Positions 17,510 through 27,275 of a DNA stretch of 59,411 bases are shown here, in pieces. The notes beneath the pieces were generated by a model, which was not told the DNA's origin, ran no database searches, and was given only the letters and a program-made list of their open reading frames with translations. Origin of the DNA: a virus (taxonomy: Duplodnaviria; Caudoviricetes); the IMG/VR virus record IMGVR_UViG_3300031659_000008, positions 1 through 59,411 of that record; one strand, written 5' to 3'. The position numbers were made by a program, and so were the translations under genes. Every line of letters begins with the position of its first letter. Position 1 is the stretch's first letter.

Positions 17510-18526
17510 ATGGCTATAACTAAGATAACAAACGACTTAATAGATTTCAATATCACTAACACTACTAGTAGTTTAAAGATGCCAACAGGTAATGCTTTTT
17601 CTGGAGTAGCAGTAGATGGCATGATTCGTAATGACCAATCACAAACTGCTGGTTCTGCACAAAGCGCTATGCAACACAAGACTCCTTTAGGATGGAAGAA
17701 CTATGCGACAGCTGCTGTAGCCCCATATTCAATGGACTATTTAATTGTTGGCGGCGGAGCTGGTGGGGGAACTAATTCCACTAACAGCAACAACTCAGGC
17801 GGCGGCGGAGCTGGTGGATTTGTTGAAGTTACAGGAGGTTCAATACAGATAGGAACAGTTTATACTATTTCAATTGGAGCAGGCGGAGCGGTTTCTACTA
17901 ATGGTGGGCAATCTAAATTTCTTCCTCTTGCTACTGCAAGCGGCGGAGGTTATGGAGGAGCTGGAGCTAGCACTAGTACATTAGGTGCAGGAAGAGCAGG
18001 TGCATCAGGCGGCGGCGGCGGAGGCGCATCCACTCCTATTAATTCAGGAGGAGCAGCGACCCAACCCACGGGTCAAGGATTTGCTGGTAGTTCAAGTTAT
18101 GCAACTATCTTTCTAGCGGGCGGTTCAGGCGGCGGCGCAGGTACAGTAGGAGGACCACCACAAGATTGGGGACCAGGTCCAGGTGGTACAGGAAAAGTTT
18201 CAGCGCTATTAACCGGTTCTAATATATATTATGGCGGCGGAGGTTCAGGTGGAGCTGGTGGGGGAGGTTTTACAGCAGGCGGCGGAGCTGGCGGCGGAGG
18301 TACAGGAGGTAAATATTCTGGTTCAGTAAGCGCAACAGCAGGTTCTGACGGCTATGGAGGCGGCGGAGGCGGTGGTTATGACGCAAAAGGCGGCGGTTCA
18401 GGAATTGTTATCTTAAAAATTCCTAATGCTAGTTATTCAGGGACATATACCGGAAGCCCAACTATAAGCTATTATGGAACAAGTACAATATTAAAATTCA
18501 CGGGAGCAGGAACTTATACAGGATAA
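17510..18526 (+). CDS. Glycine-rich fibre/decoration protein
   Basis: MAITK module plus DYLIVGGGAGGG...GGSGIVIL...KFTGAGTYTG glycine-rich domain. Confidence 0.8.
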   Translation: MAITKITNDLIDFNITNTTSSLKMPTGNAFSGVAVDGMIRNDQSQTAGSAQSAMQHKTPLGWKNYATAAVAPYSMDYLIVGGGAGGGTNSTNSNNSGGGGAGGFVEVTGGSIQIGTVYTISIGAGGAVSTNGGQSKFLPLATASGGGYGGAGASTSTLGAGRAGASGGGGGGASTPINSGGAATQPTGQGFAGSSSYATIFLAGGSGGGAGTVGGPPQDWGPGPGGTGKVSALLTGSNIYYGGGGSGGAGGGGFTAGGGAGGGGTGGKYSGSVSATAGSDGYGGGGGGGYDAKGGGSGIVILKIPNASYSGTYTGSPTISYYGTSTILKFTGAGTYTG

Positions 18527-18529
18527 ATT

Positions 18530-19024
18530 ATGGCACACTTTGCAAAAGTAAATAACGAAAATATAGTAGAAGAAATTCTAGTAATTAATAATAATGTTAT
18601 ATTAGATGATGATGGAATAGAAAGTGAATTAAAAGGAAGAGAATTTTTAATAGCTACTTTTGGTTCTTCTCTATGGGTTCAGACATCTTACAACGGTACA
18701 ATAAGAAAAAACTATGCTGGGATTGGTTATACTTATGACACCATAAGAGATTCTTTTATACCACCGATACCCCATGATAGTTGGAATTTAAATGAAGAAA
18801 CTTGCCAGTGGGAATCACCCACGCTATATCCTACAGATGGGAGGGATTACACATGGAATGAAGACGAAACTGAATGGGTTTTATTTACACCTACTAAGCC
18901 TTATGATAGTTGGATTTGGAATGAAACTGAATGGGAGTGGGAATCACCCACGCTATATCCTACAGACGGGGAAGATTACACATGGAATGAAGACACGTTG
19001 AGTTGGGTAGAATTTGAACTATAA
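18530..19024 (+). CDS. Companion of glycine-rich fibre proteins with duplicated Trp-rich C-terminal module
   Basis: MAHFAKV...WVQTSYN...RKNYAGIGYTYD; WESPTLYPTDGxDYTWNED occurs twice at 129-nt spacing. Confidence 0.75.
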   Translation: MAHFAKVNNENIVEEILVINNNVILDDDGIESELKGREFLIATFGSSLWVQTSYNGTIRKNYAGIGYTYDTIRDSFIPPIPHDSWNLNEETCQWESPTLYPTDGRDYTWNEDETEWVLFTPTKPYDSWIWNETEWEWESPTLYPTDGEDYTWNEDTLSWVEFEL

Positions 19025-19045
19025 GACAGTGTAAAATAATAAATA

Positions 19046-20047
19046 ATGGCAATAACTAAAATAAACACACCAGAATTAATTGACCTCAATACTACGGGCG
19101 CTACAAGACTACCTAGTGGTAGCGTAGCTTCTAGACCGACCACAGGTCTTACTAATGGTGACTTTCGGTATAACACTGACGTTAATAAAGTAGAATATTA
19201 CGACTTAACTACAGCAACATGGTATCAGATATCTACAGAAGGAAGCGTGTATACATTAGACTATTTAGTTGTAGCAGGCGGCGGCGGTGGCGGCGCTAAT
19301 TCCACTAACAGCAACAACTCAGGTGGTGCAGGAGCAGGAGGAGTTCTTCAAGCTACAGGCGCTTCTGTAACAGGAGGAACAATTTATAACGTTTTAGTTG
19401 GAAACGGAGGTCAAGCTAAGGAAAGCGGAGGCTCTTCGGGTTTTAGTTCGTTTACTGCAACAGGCGGTGGCGGTGGCGGCGCAGGATATACATCTGGAGG
19501 ACTTGGAATAGGTAAGGCCGGGGGTTCAGGCGGCGGAGGCGGCGGAGGTACAGGGACAGCTAATTCAGGTGGGTCTGCTTCACCAGCAGGTCAAGGATAT
19601 TCGGGAGGAGCATCCAGTAACGCTATCTATCTAGCAGGTGGAGGCGGCGGAGGCGCAGGCGCAATCGGACAAAGCGGGCCTGGATATGGAGGCGGCGCAG
19701 GCGGCGCAGGAATTACATCAACAATATCAGGAACTAATCGTTCATATGCTGGTGGAGGCGGCGGCGGAGCAGGAAGTGGAGGTTCACCAGGCGGAGCGAG
19801 TTATGGCGGCGGAACTGGTGGACGATATAGCACAGGAATTACTTATGCTAATAACGGTGTATATGGCCTTGGCGGCGGCGGTGGCGGCGGTTATGGAGGC
19901 TCATCAGGTGGCTCAGGAGTTGTAGTACTTAGTATATCTAGCTCTAATTATAGCGGTATAATAACAGGAGCTCCAGAGGTGGACACTACCACGGTATCAG
20001 GGACTACAATATTAACCTACAAGGGTTCAGGAACTTATACAGGATAA
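19046..20047 (+). CDS. Glycine-rich fibre/decoration protein (paralog of 17510-18526)
   Basis: MAITK module, DYLVVAGGGGGG, ends GTYTG. Confidence 0.8.
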   Translation: MAITKINTPELIDLNTTGATRLPSGSVASRPTTGLTNGDFRYNTDVNKVEYYDLTTATWYQISTEGSVYTLDYLVVAGGGGGGANSTNSNNSGGAGAGGVLQATGASVTGGTIYNVLVGNGGQAKESGGSSGFSSFTATGGGGGGAGYTSGGLGIGKAGGSGGGGGGGTGTANSGGSASPAGQGYSGGASSNAIYLAGGGGGGAGAIGQSGPGYGGGAGGAGITSTISGTNRSYAGGGGGGAGSGGSPGGASYGGGTGGRYSTGITYANNGVYGLGGGGGGGYGGSSGGSGVVVLSISSSNYSGIITGAPEVDTTTVSGTTILTYKGSGTYTG

Positions 20048-20108
20048 TGGAATATACTACAAATACAACAGCAGGAGAAATCAAAATTGTATATTATATA
20101 ACAAAAAA

Positions 20109-20264
20109 ATGAATATAACTGATTTGAAACTATACACATTTAACCTTATGGCGTTTGCCATTTCAATGTCTACGATTGATGTTATATTAAAAATAATTCT
20201 TTTAACTGTGTCTATAGGATACACTATACACAAATGGTATTTGATGTATGGAAAGAATAAGTAA
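20109..20264 (+). CDS. 51-aa membrane protein, holin candidate (not in ORF track)
   Basis: MNITDLKLYTFNLMAFAISMSTIDVILKIILLTVSIGYTIHKWYLMYGKNK; overlaps the endolysin start. Confidence 0.6.
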   Translation: MNITDLKLYTFNLMAFAISMSTIDVILKIILLTVSIGYTIHKWYLMYGKNK

Positions 20265-20709
20265 ACATATTACCCACAAGGAAGCTATACGCTCCAACAC
20301 AGCTTTACGTTTAAATATAAGTAATATTCCAAATGATTACGAAACCTCTAATATGGCTGGTATTGCTACTCATGTCTTTGAGCCTCTTAGAGAATACGTA
20401 GGCGGACCTATAAAAATTAATAGTATGTTTAGGTGTGAAGATTTAAATCGAGCTATTGGCGGAAGCTCACGCAGTCAGCACTGTCAGGGAAGAGCGATTG
20501 ACCTAGACGATACCTTCGGACATAAAACAAACGCTCAGATGTTTAACTACATAAAAGACAACCTAAACTTCGACCAGCTTATATGGGAGTTTGGAGATAA
20601 TAAAAATCCAGCGTGGATACATGTAAGTTATGTTTCAAAAGAAGAAAACAGAACAAGATGTTTGCGCGCTGAAAAAATAAATGGTAAGAATTATTATACA
20701 GTAATATGA
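20248..20709 (+). CDS. Endolysin, peptidase M15A family
   Basis: INSMFR...NRAIGG..SQHCQGRAID...WIHVSY zinc-peptidase motifs. Confidence 0.9.
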   Translation: MERISKHITHKEAIRSNTALRLNISNIPNDYETSNMAGIATHVFEPLREYVGGPIKINSMFRCEDLNRAIGGSSRSQHCQGRAIDLDDTFGHKTNAQMFNYIKDNLNFDQLIWEFGDNKNPAWIHVSYVSKEENRTRCLRAEKINGKNYYTVI

Positions 20710-21128
20710 GTACTGTAAAAAAACCATTTAAAGAGACTGCCGTAGGCAGGTTTCTTATTGAAAAAGCTCCTTCCATACTTGGAATTGTAGGAGACGCTAT
20801 TCTTCCTGGAAATGTAATATCAGAGCTTATCTCTGGCAATAAAGAAATGTCAGAAGCAGACAAGCATATTGCTTTAGAAAAATTAAGAATAGAGCGTGCT
20901 GAGATAGATGGAATTACCCGTAGATGGGTGTCAGATTCTAGAAGTCAAAGTTGGCTTGCGCGAAATATACGGCCACTAACTTTAGTGGTATTAGTTCTAG
21001 CTTATGTAGGAGGATGGTTTATGGGATTAGACACCTCAGATACAGCATCTCTTTTAACATGGGTTCTTTGCGGATACTTTGGAGCAAGAACAGCAGATAA
21101 AATAGGAGTTAAACTCCCTGGTAAATAA
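20706..21128 (+). CDS. Holin-like protein (GTA 3TM-type)
   Basis: RWVSD...SWLARNIRPL, hydrophobic helices, YFGAR; ATGA-coupled to the endolysin. Confidence 0.7.
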   Translation: MSTVKKPFKETAVGRFLIEKAPSILGIVGDAILPGNVISELISGNKEMSEADKHIALEKLRIERAEIDGITRRWVSDSRSQSWLARNIRPLTLVVLVLAYVGGWFMGLDTSDTASLLTWVLCGYFGARTADKIGVKLPGK

Positions 21129-21160
21129 TTCTTATATTTGTATTAATTAAATTTAATACA

Positions 21161-21385
21161 ATGGACATAAGAAAAATATCCATAGGCGCAGACTATAAGT
21201 CTAGTGCTATGCATTATATAGTAGGGCAAGAAGTATTAGGAGGAAGCCATCAAATTCATTTAATAAAACATATTAAAGAGTCAGGTAGCGTTGTTATTTG
21301 GATTCAAAAAAAAGATGAAATTTTTTTATGGAAAGAATTTAATTCTAATATGCCTTTTTCAATAGAGTATAATATAAACTTTTAA
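21161..21385 (+). CDS. Hypothetical phage protein
   Basis: IRKISIGADYK...AMHYIVGQ; preceded by a TATATTTG box. Confidence 0.75.
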   Translation: MDIRKISIGADYKSSAMHYIVGQEVLGGSHQIHLIKHIKESGSVVIWIQKKDEIFLWKEFNSNMPFSIEYNINF

Positions 21386-21948
21386 TGAGGTCACCATTTT
21401 TTTTTATAGTAAGACCCGTTAAGGGCAAGAGGTATAACAACTCTAAAAAAATAGGAGGCATTGATTTTATAACAAGCACCTCCGAAGAAAATCACATGGC
21501 TTCCAACAGAGAAGGTATTGTTATTTCTACTCCTCTAGGATACAAGGGTGATGTTGAACCTGGGGACACTTTGCTTGTTCATCATAACGTTTTTAAATTT
21601 TACAATGACATGAAGGGTCGCCAACAAAGCGGTAAGAGTTTCTTTATGGACGATTTGTTTTTTATAGATGACGGTCAGTATTATATGTACAAGAAAGAAG
21701 ATAAGTGGCATTGTCACGATAAGTATTGTTTTATAAAACCAATACCATCTATTGAGTCTTATATTCATAAGCCTTTTGCAGAAGAACCTCTTATGGGAAA
21801 GGTAAGATATATAAATAAAAAATTGTCTAATCAAGGAGTTAATGAGGGAGATTTAGTAACCTTTAGACCTGAGACAGAATATGAGTTTAATGTAGATGGA
21901 GAAAAACTTTATAGAATGTTTAGCCACCATGTGACCATGGTTTTGTAA
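21385..21948 (+). CDS. Tandem GroES-like (Cpn20-type) protein
   Basis: Two GroES-like halves: FIVRP...GIVIS...VEPGDTLLV and CFIKP...GKVRY...VNEGDLVTF...EFNVDGEKLYRM. Confidence 0.6.
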   Translation: MRSPFFFIVRPVKGKRYNNSKKIGGIDFITSTSEENHMASNREGIVISTPLGYKGDVEPGDTLLVHHNVFKFYNDMKGRQQSGKSFFMDDLFFIDDGQYYMYKKEDKWHCHDKYCFIKPIPSIESYIHKPFAEEPLMGKVRYINKKLSNQGVNEGDLVTFRPETEYEFNVDGEKLYRMFSHHVTMVL

Positions 21949-22046
21949 AGAAAAATGAAAAAAATTATTATAACGTGGGCAATACTTTACCTAATACCTG
22001 TATGGATGAGGTGGGTAAGTAAACCTCGCAAATGGAATGAATTATA

Positions 22047-22196
22047 ATGAAGATATTTGGTAGTATAATATTTTTAATATTAATTAGCTGCGAAAAGCCA
22101 GAAGATTATTGTGAAGAATTATATAAAGAATATTATTATAATTTTGAAACAAAACAAGCTATGGTATTATCAATGAAAGAATGTTATGATTATTAA
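22047..22196 (+). CDS. 49-aa putative lipoprotein (not in ORF track)
   Basis: MKIFGSIIFLILIS-C-EKPED: hydrophobic signal, lipobox-like Cys, charged residues after it. Confidence 0.55.
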   Translation: MKIFGSIIFLILISCEKPEDYCEELYKEYYYNFETKQAMVLSMKECYDY

Positions 22197-22314
22197 AAGA
22201 AATAGTATAAAATGCAGTCAATGCGATGAAACATTTCCTGGAGGATATGAATATAGGATGCACTGGGAAAAACATTTAAATGAATTCTTAATAACAAAAA
22301 AAAATGACCTCTGA
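22186..22314 (+). CDS. 42-aa C2H2 zinc-finger microprotein (not in ORF track)
   Basis: MIIKRNSIKCSQCDETFPGGYEYRMHWEKHLNEFLITKKNDL = C-x2-C-x3-F-x5-Y-x2-H-x3-H. Confidence 0.65.
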   Translation: MIIKRNSIKCSQCDETFPGGYEYRMHWEKHLNEFLITKKNDL

Positions 22315-22585
22315 AGAATTAAAAGTTGAAATAATAGCAGCTGGAAGAAAAGCGGTTAAAGAGCTTATTCGTGTGGCTAAAGAAGACATTATAAAGCCAG
22401 ACTTAGAGGATGAGCTTGCAGCAGATAGATTAAAGAATGCGGCAGCCACTAAAAAGTTAGCAATATTTGATGCCTTTGATATATTGAATAAAATAGACAC
22501 TGAGCAAGAAAATATAAACTTAGCTAATGATTTTGATAACAAAGTAGAAACAAAACAAGGTTTTGCAGAAAGACGTTCAAGATAA
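22304..22585 (+). CDS. Putative terminase small subunit
   Basis: Helical 93-aa protein overlapping the TerL start. Confidence 0.5.
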   Translation: MTSEELKVEIIAAGRKAVKELIRVAKEDIIKPDLEDELAADRLKNAAATKKLAIFDAFDILNKIDTEQENINLANDFDNKVETKQGFAERRSR

Positions 22586-24809
22586 ACTATATACAGTAGT
22601 AAAAAATTATATTCCCAAATCAGTTTTATCAAAAAAGAATAAAGCTAAAACCTGGGTATATGGACATAACGAAAAGTACGATGTGATTGTTATATCTAAA
22701 AACGGTCAGGTTGGTGATGTTGTTTCTATTTCAGGTTTACATATTGCATTACCATTAGTTTCAAAAGATATCTATAAAAGAAGTTTAAAGTCTTCAGAGC
22801 AATATTGGAAGCGTACTGAATTTCCCAAAGAACTTTCCAGGATAAATTCTATATTTCAATGGAATGAGATGCCCGCTAATTTTAAAGCAAAGTGGGTAGA
22901 CTATATTGAAGGTGAGTTTAACCGAAGAGAAGATGGGCATTGGTTTTTAAACAATGGAATAACCACCTATATGACTGGAGCTCATTACATGTATTTGCAA
23001 TGGTCTAGTATTGATGTAGGATACCCTGACTTTAGAGAAGCTAATAGAATATTTTTTATTTTTTGGGAAGCCTGTAAGGCTGACAAAAGATGTTTTGGAA
23101 TGACCTATTTAAAGATAAGACGGTCAGGATTTTCTTTTATGGGTTCGTCAGAATGTGTAAACACAGGAACTCTAGCTAAAGATGCTAGGGTAGGAATACT
23201 ATCTAAGACTGGTTCTGATTCCAAAAAAATGTTTACTGATAAAGTTGTCCCAATTGCAAATAGACTTCCTTTCTTCTTTAAGCCTATCCAGGATGGTATG
23301 GATAAACCTAAGACAGAACTTGCCTTTAGGATTCCAGCCTCTAAGATTACGAAAAAAAACATGTATGACTCTGTTAATGATGAGCTTTATGGATTAGACA
23401 CTACTATTGACTGGAAGAATACAGATGACAACTCCTATGATGGAGAGAAGTTATTGCTTTTAGTTCATGATGAAAGCGGCAAATGGATTAAGCCTAATAA
23501 TATATTAAATAACTGGAGGGTAACTAAAACCTGCTTGCGATTAGGAAGTAAGGTTATAGGAAAATGTTTAATGGGCTCTACCTCAAATGCTTTGGACAAG
23601 GGAGGAGCGAACTTTAAAAAATTATACGAAGACTCTAACATACAGACAAGAAACGCAAATGGTCAAACCAGAAGCGGAATGTATTCTTTGTTTATCCCTA
23701 TGGAATTAAACATGGAAGGGTTTATTGATATACATGGAATGCCTGTGTTAAGAGTTCCTTCTCAAAAAACAAAAGGAGTAGACGGAGAGTGGATAATAAA
23801 TGGAGCAATTGATTACTGGGAAGCTGAAGTTGATTCTTTAAAATCTGATGCTGATGCATTGAATGAATTTTATAGACAGTTTCCTAGAACAGAGTCTCAC
23901 GCTTTTAGGGATGAAAGCAAGTCATCTCTTTTTAACCTTACAAAAATATATCAGCAGATAGACTATAATGATTCGTTAATACAAGAGCATCATTTAACTA
24001 GAGGAAATTTTTATTGGGAGAATGGAATAAAAGATAAAAAAGTAGCTTTTAGTCCTGACAACAGGGGAAGGTTTTTTGTAACCTGGGTTCCTCCAAAACA
24101 ATTGCAGAATAACATAATAGAAAGAAATGGACTAAAGTATCCAGGGAACGAGCACATAGGAGCGTTTGGATGTGATTCTTACGACATATCTGGAACTGTA
24201 GGTGGTGGGGGTTCAAACGGAGCTCTACATGGCCTTACAAAGTTTAATATGGAGGAAGCTCCATCTAATGAGTTTTTTCTAGAGTATGTGGCTCGACCTC
24301 AAACTGCGGAAATGTTTTTTGAAGAAGTGCTAATGGCTTGTGTGTTTTATGGAATGCCTATACTTATAGAAAACAACAAGCCTAGGCTGTTGTATCATTT
24401 TAAAAATAGAGGGTATAGACCATACTCTATTAACCGTCCAGACAAACGTTTGTCAAAGTTATCTAAAACAGAAAAAGAACTTGGAGGTATACCTAACAGT
24501 TCCGAAGATGTTAAACAATCTCACGCTGCTGCTATTGAATCTTACATAGAAAAGTATGTAGGTTTAGATATGGACGGTGCTTTTAGAGAAAAAGACGACA
24601 TGGGTTCTATGCTGTTTATGAGGACTTTAGAGGACTGGGCTAAGTTTGATATTTCAAACAGAACTAAATTTGACGCAAGTATTAGTTCAGGGTTAGCTAT
24701 TATGGCTACACAAAAACACATGTATCAAGTTGAGAAAAAACAATCAAAAATAAACCTTAACTTTGCCAGGTATACAAATAACGGAACTTTAAGTGAATTA
24801 ATTAGATAG
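22563..24809 (+). CDS. terL: Terminase large subunit
   Basis: YLKIRRSGFS (Walker A-like), LLVHDESGK (Walker B), GST coupling motif, FGCDSYD and IENN nuclease motifs. Confidence 0.92.
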   Translation: MQKDVQDKLYTVVKNYIPKSVLSKKNKAKTWVYGHNEKYDVIVISKNGQVGDVVSISGLHIALPLVSKDIYKRSLKSSEQYWKRTEFPKELSRINSIFQWNEMPANFKAKWVDYIEGEFNRREDGHWFLNNGITTYMTGAHYMYLQWSSIDVGYPDFREANRIFFIFWEACKADKRCFGMTYLKIRRSGFSFMGSSECVNTGTLAKDARVGILSKTGSDSKKMFTDKVVPIANRLPFFFKPIQDGMDKPKTELAFRIPASKITKKNMYDSVNDELYGLDTTIDWKNTDDNSYDGEKLLLLVHDESGKWIKPNNILNNWRVTKTCLRLGSKVIGKCLMGSTSNALDKGGANFKKLYEDSNIQTRNANGQTRSGMYSLFIPMELNMEGFIDIHGMPVLRVPSQKTKGVDGEWIINGAIDYWEAEVDSLKSDADALNEFYRQFPRTESHAFRDESKSSLFNLTKIYQQIDYNDSLIQEHHLTRGNFYWENGIKDKKVAFSPDNRGRFFVTWVPPKQLQNNIIERNGLKYPGNEHIGAFGCDSYDISGTVGGGGSNGALHGLTKFNMEEAPSNEFFLEYVARPQTAEMFFEEVLMACVFYGMPILIENNKPRLLYHFKNRGYRPYSINRPDKRLSKLSKTEKELGGIPNSSEDVKQSHAAAIESYIEKYVGLDMDGAFREKDDMGSMLFMRTLEDWAKFDISNRTKFDASISSGLAIMATQKHMYQVEKKQSKINLNFARYTNNGTLSELIR

Positions 24810-27245
24810 ATGAAAGATGTTACAATAGACATTACATCTGCAGGCTTTCCAAGTCAATTCGTTTCAGATGCTGAAAAAGCTACGAACGAATTCGGTTTAC
24901 AGATAGGACAGGCTATTCAGTATGAATGGTTTAGAAAAGATGGAAATCAGTGTAGATATTACAATCAATGGAGAGACTTTCACAGACTGCGTTTATATGC
25001 AAGAGGCGAACAGTCTGTAGCTAAATACAAAAATGAATTATCAATTGATGGAGATTTATCTTATCTTAATTTAGATTGGACTCCAGTTCCTATACTTCCT
25101 AAGTTTGTGGACATTGTGGTTAATGGTATGCAGGATAGGGAATTTAAAGTTAAGGCCTATGCTCAAGACGCATTGTCTCAATCTAAAAGAAGTAAATACC
25201 AAGATATGGTTGAAGGTCAGATGGCTGCTAAACCTATACTTCAAAGTATTCAAGAAAAGACAGGAGTAGACCCTTTTGTAATGGACCCTGATGAATTACC
25301 TAATTCAGATGAGGAACTTTCATTATACATGAACTTAAACTATAAGCCAGCAATTGAGATTGCGGAAGAAGAGGCTATAGATACAATGTTTGCAGAAAAT
25401 CATTATGATGATATTCGTAAACAAATAGATTATGATGCTACTGTAATAGGAATATCTGTAGCTAAACATGAATTTCTTCCTGGAGCAGGTGTTCAAATAT
25501 CATATGTAGACCCTTCAAATGTAGTTTATAGTTATACTGAAGACCCTCATTTTAAAGATTGTTTTTATTGGGGAGAAATTAAAACATTGCCCCTAACTGA
25601 GCTTGTAAAAATAGACCCTGATATTACTAATGATGATTTAGAAGAAATATCAAGATATAGTCAAAGTTGGTATGATTATTATAATGTAGCTCAATTTTAT
25701 GACAACGATATTTTTTCTCGTGATACTTGTACTTTAATGTACTTTAATTATAAGACCACTAAAAAGATGGTTTATAAAAAAAGAATATTAGAGGGTGGCG
25801 GCTCTAAAGTAATTGAAAAAGATGACACTTTTAATCCTCCTCAAGATATGATGGACGAAGGAAGGTTTGAAAAAATGGAAAAAACTATTGACGTATGGTA
25901 TGATGGTATAATGGTTATGGGAACTAATATTATTCTTAAGTGGGAACTTGCAGAAAATATGGTTCGTCCTCAATCAGCTTCTCAGCATGCTATACCAAAT
26001 TACGTTGCGGTTGCTCCAAGAATGTATAAAGGTGTTATTGAGTCTTTAGTTAGACGTATGATTCCTTTTGCTGATTTAATTCAGATTACTCATTTAAAGT
26101 TACAACAAGTTATTGCAAGAACAGTCCCTGATGGGGTGTATATAGATGCAGATGGTTTAAATGAGGTTGACCTGGGGACAGGAGCTTCATATGACCCTTC
26201 AGACGCATTACGTTTATACTTTCAAACAGGTAGTGTAGTGGGTAGAAGTTATACTCAAGAGGGCGAATACAATCAAGGTAAAATACCTATACAGCAGCTC
26301 ACAAGCAATTCAGGCGCTTCTAAGACACAAATGCTTATAGCTAACTATAACCACTACTTAGAGATGATTCGCTCTGTAACAGGCTTAAATGAAGCCAGGG
26401 ACGGTTCTACCCCTTCATCTGATTCTTTGGTAGGTGTACAAAAATTAGCAGCATTAAACTCAAATACAGCAACTAGACATATATTAGATGGAAGTCTTTA
26501 CATATATCGTACGTTAGCCGAAGCGTTAACGTATAGGGTTGCAGATATTTTAGAGTATGCAGACTTTAAAGAAGACTTTATAAATAAAATAGGTAAGTAT
26601 AACGTAAGTATATTAGGAGAGATAAGTCAACTATATATTTATGACTTTGGTGTATTTATAGAGTTGTCTCCAGATGAAGAACAAAAAGCAATGTTAGAAC
26701 AAAACATTCAAATGGCTTTATCTAAAGGAGATATAAATCTTGAAGATGCTATTGATATAAGAGAAATTAGAAACTTAAAGTTAGCTAATCAATTGCTTAA
26801 ATTAAAACGCACATCTAAACAAGAGCGCGAAGAGAAAATGAAAATGCAACAGCAAGCCATGATATCTCAGCAGCAATTAAAATCACAAGAAATGGCAGCT
26901 CAAGTTTCTATGCAAAAAGTAGAGCTAGAAACTCAATCTAAAATAAAAGTTAAACAAGCTGAAATTGCTTTTGAAATAGAAAAAAATAAAACAGAGGCAC
27001 AGCTTAAAGCTCAACTTATGGAGCAAGAATTTTCTTATAATTTACAGCTTAGAGGAATAGACGAAGGAGCTTTGTCTCAAAGAGAAACTCAAAGAGAACA
27101 AGCGAAAAGTGAAAGAATTAGTCAACAGAATACTGAACAAAGTAAATTGATTACACAACGTAAAAATAATTTACCTCCACAGAATTTTGAATCTAATGAA
27201 GATAGTTTAGATGGTTTTGATTTGTCAGAATTTGAACCAAGGTAA
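24810..27245 (+). CDS. Portal protein
   Basis: Directly after TerL; 811 aa; PILPKFVDIVV and TGLNEARDG motifs; Gln-rich coiled-coil C-terminus as in podoviral/crAss-like portals. Confidence 0.85.
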   Translation: MKDVTIDITSAGFPSQFVSDAEKATNEFGLQIGQAIQYEWFRKDGNQCRYYNQWRDFHRLRLYARGEQSVAKYKNELSIDGDLSYLNLDWTPVPILPKFVDIVVNGMQDREFKVKAYAQDALSQSKRSKYQDMVEGQMAAKPILQSIQEKTGVDPFVMDPDELPNSDEELSLYMNLNYKPAIEIAEEEAIDTMFAENHYDDIRKQIDYDATVIGISVAKHEFLPGAGVQISYVDPSNVVYSYTEDPHFKDCFYWGEIKTLPLTELVKIDPDITNDDLEEISRYSQSWYDYYNVAQFYDNDIFSRDTCTLMYFNYKTTKKMVYKKRILEGGGSKVIEKDDTFNPPQDMMDEGRFEKMEKTIDVWYDGIMVMGTNIILKWELAENMVRPQSASQHAIPNYVAVAPRMYKGVIESLVRRMIPFADLIQITHLKLQQVIARTVPDGVYIDADGLNEVDLGTGASYDPSDALRLYFQTGSVVGRSYTQEGEYNQGKIPIQQLTSNSGASKTQMLIANYNHYLEMIRSVTGLNEARDGSTPSSDSLVGVQKLAALNSNTATRHILDGSLYIYRTLAEALTYRVADILEYADFKEDFINKIGKYNVSILGEISQLYIYDFGVFIELSPDEEQKAMLEQNIQMALSKGDINLEDAIDIREIRNLKLANQLLKLKRTSKQEREEKMKMQQQAMISQQQLKSQEMAAQVSMQKVELETQSKIKVKQAEIAFEIEKNKTEAQLKAQLMEQEFSYNLQLRGIDEGALSQRETQREQAKSERISQQNTEQSKLITQRKNNLPPQNFESNEDSLDGFDLSEFEPR

Positions 27246-27275
27246 ACTTATAAAATTTAATTTAAATCATATCTA

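Noticed and set aside
18808-18993. Near-identical ~57-nt pair as a DGR template/variable repeat
   Set aside because: Both copies are in-frame modules of one protein, the differences are not confined to adenines, and I found no reverse transcriptase in the genome
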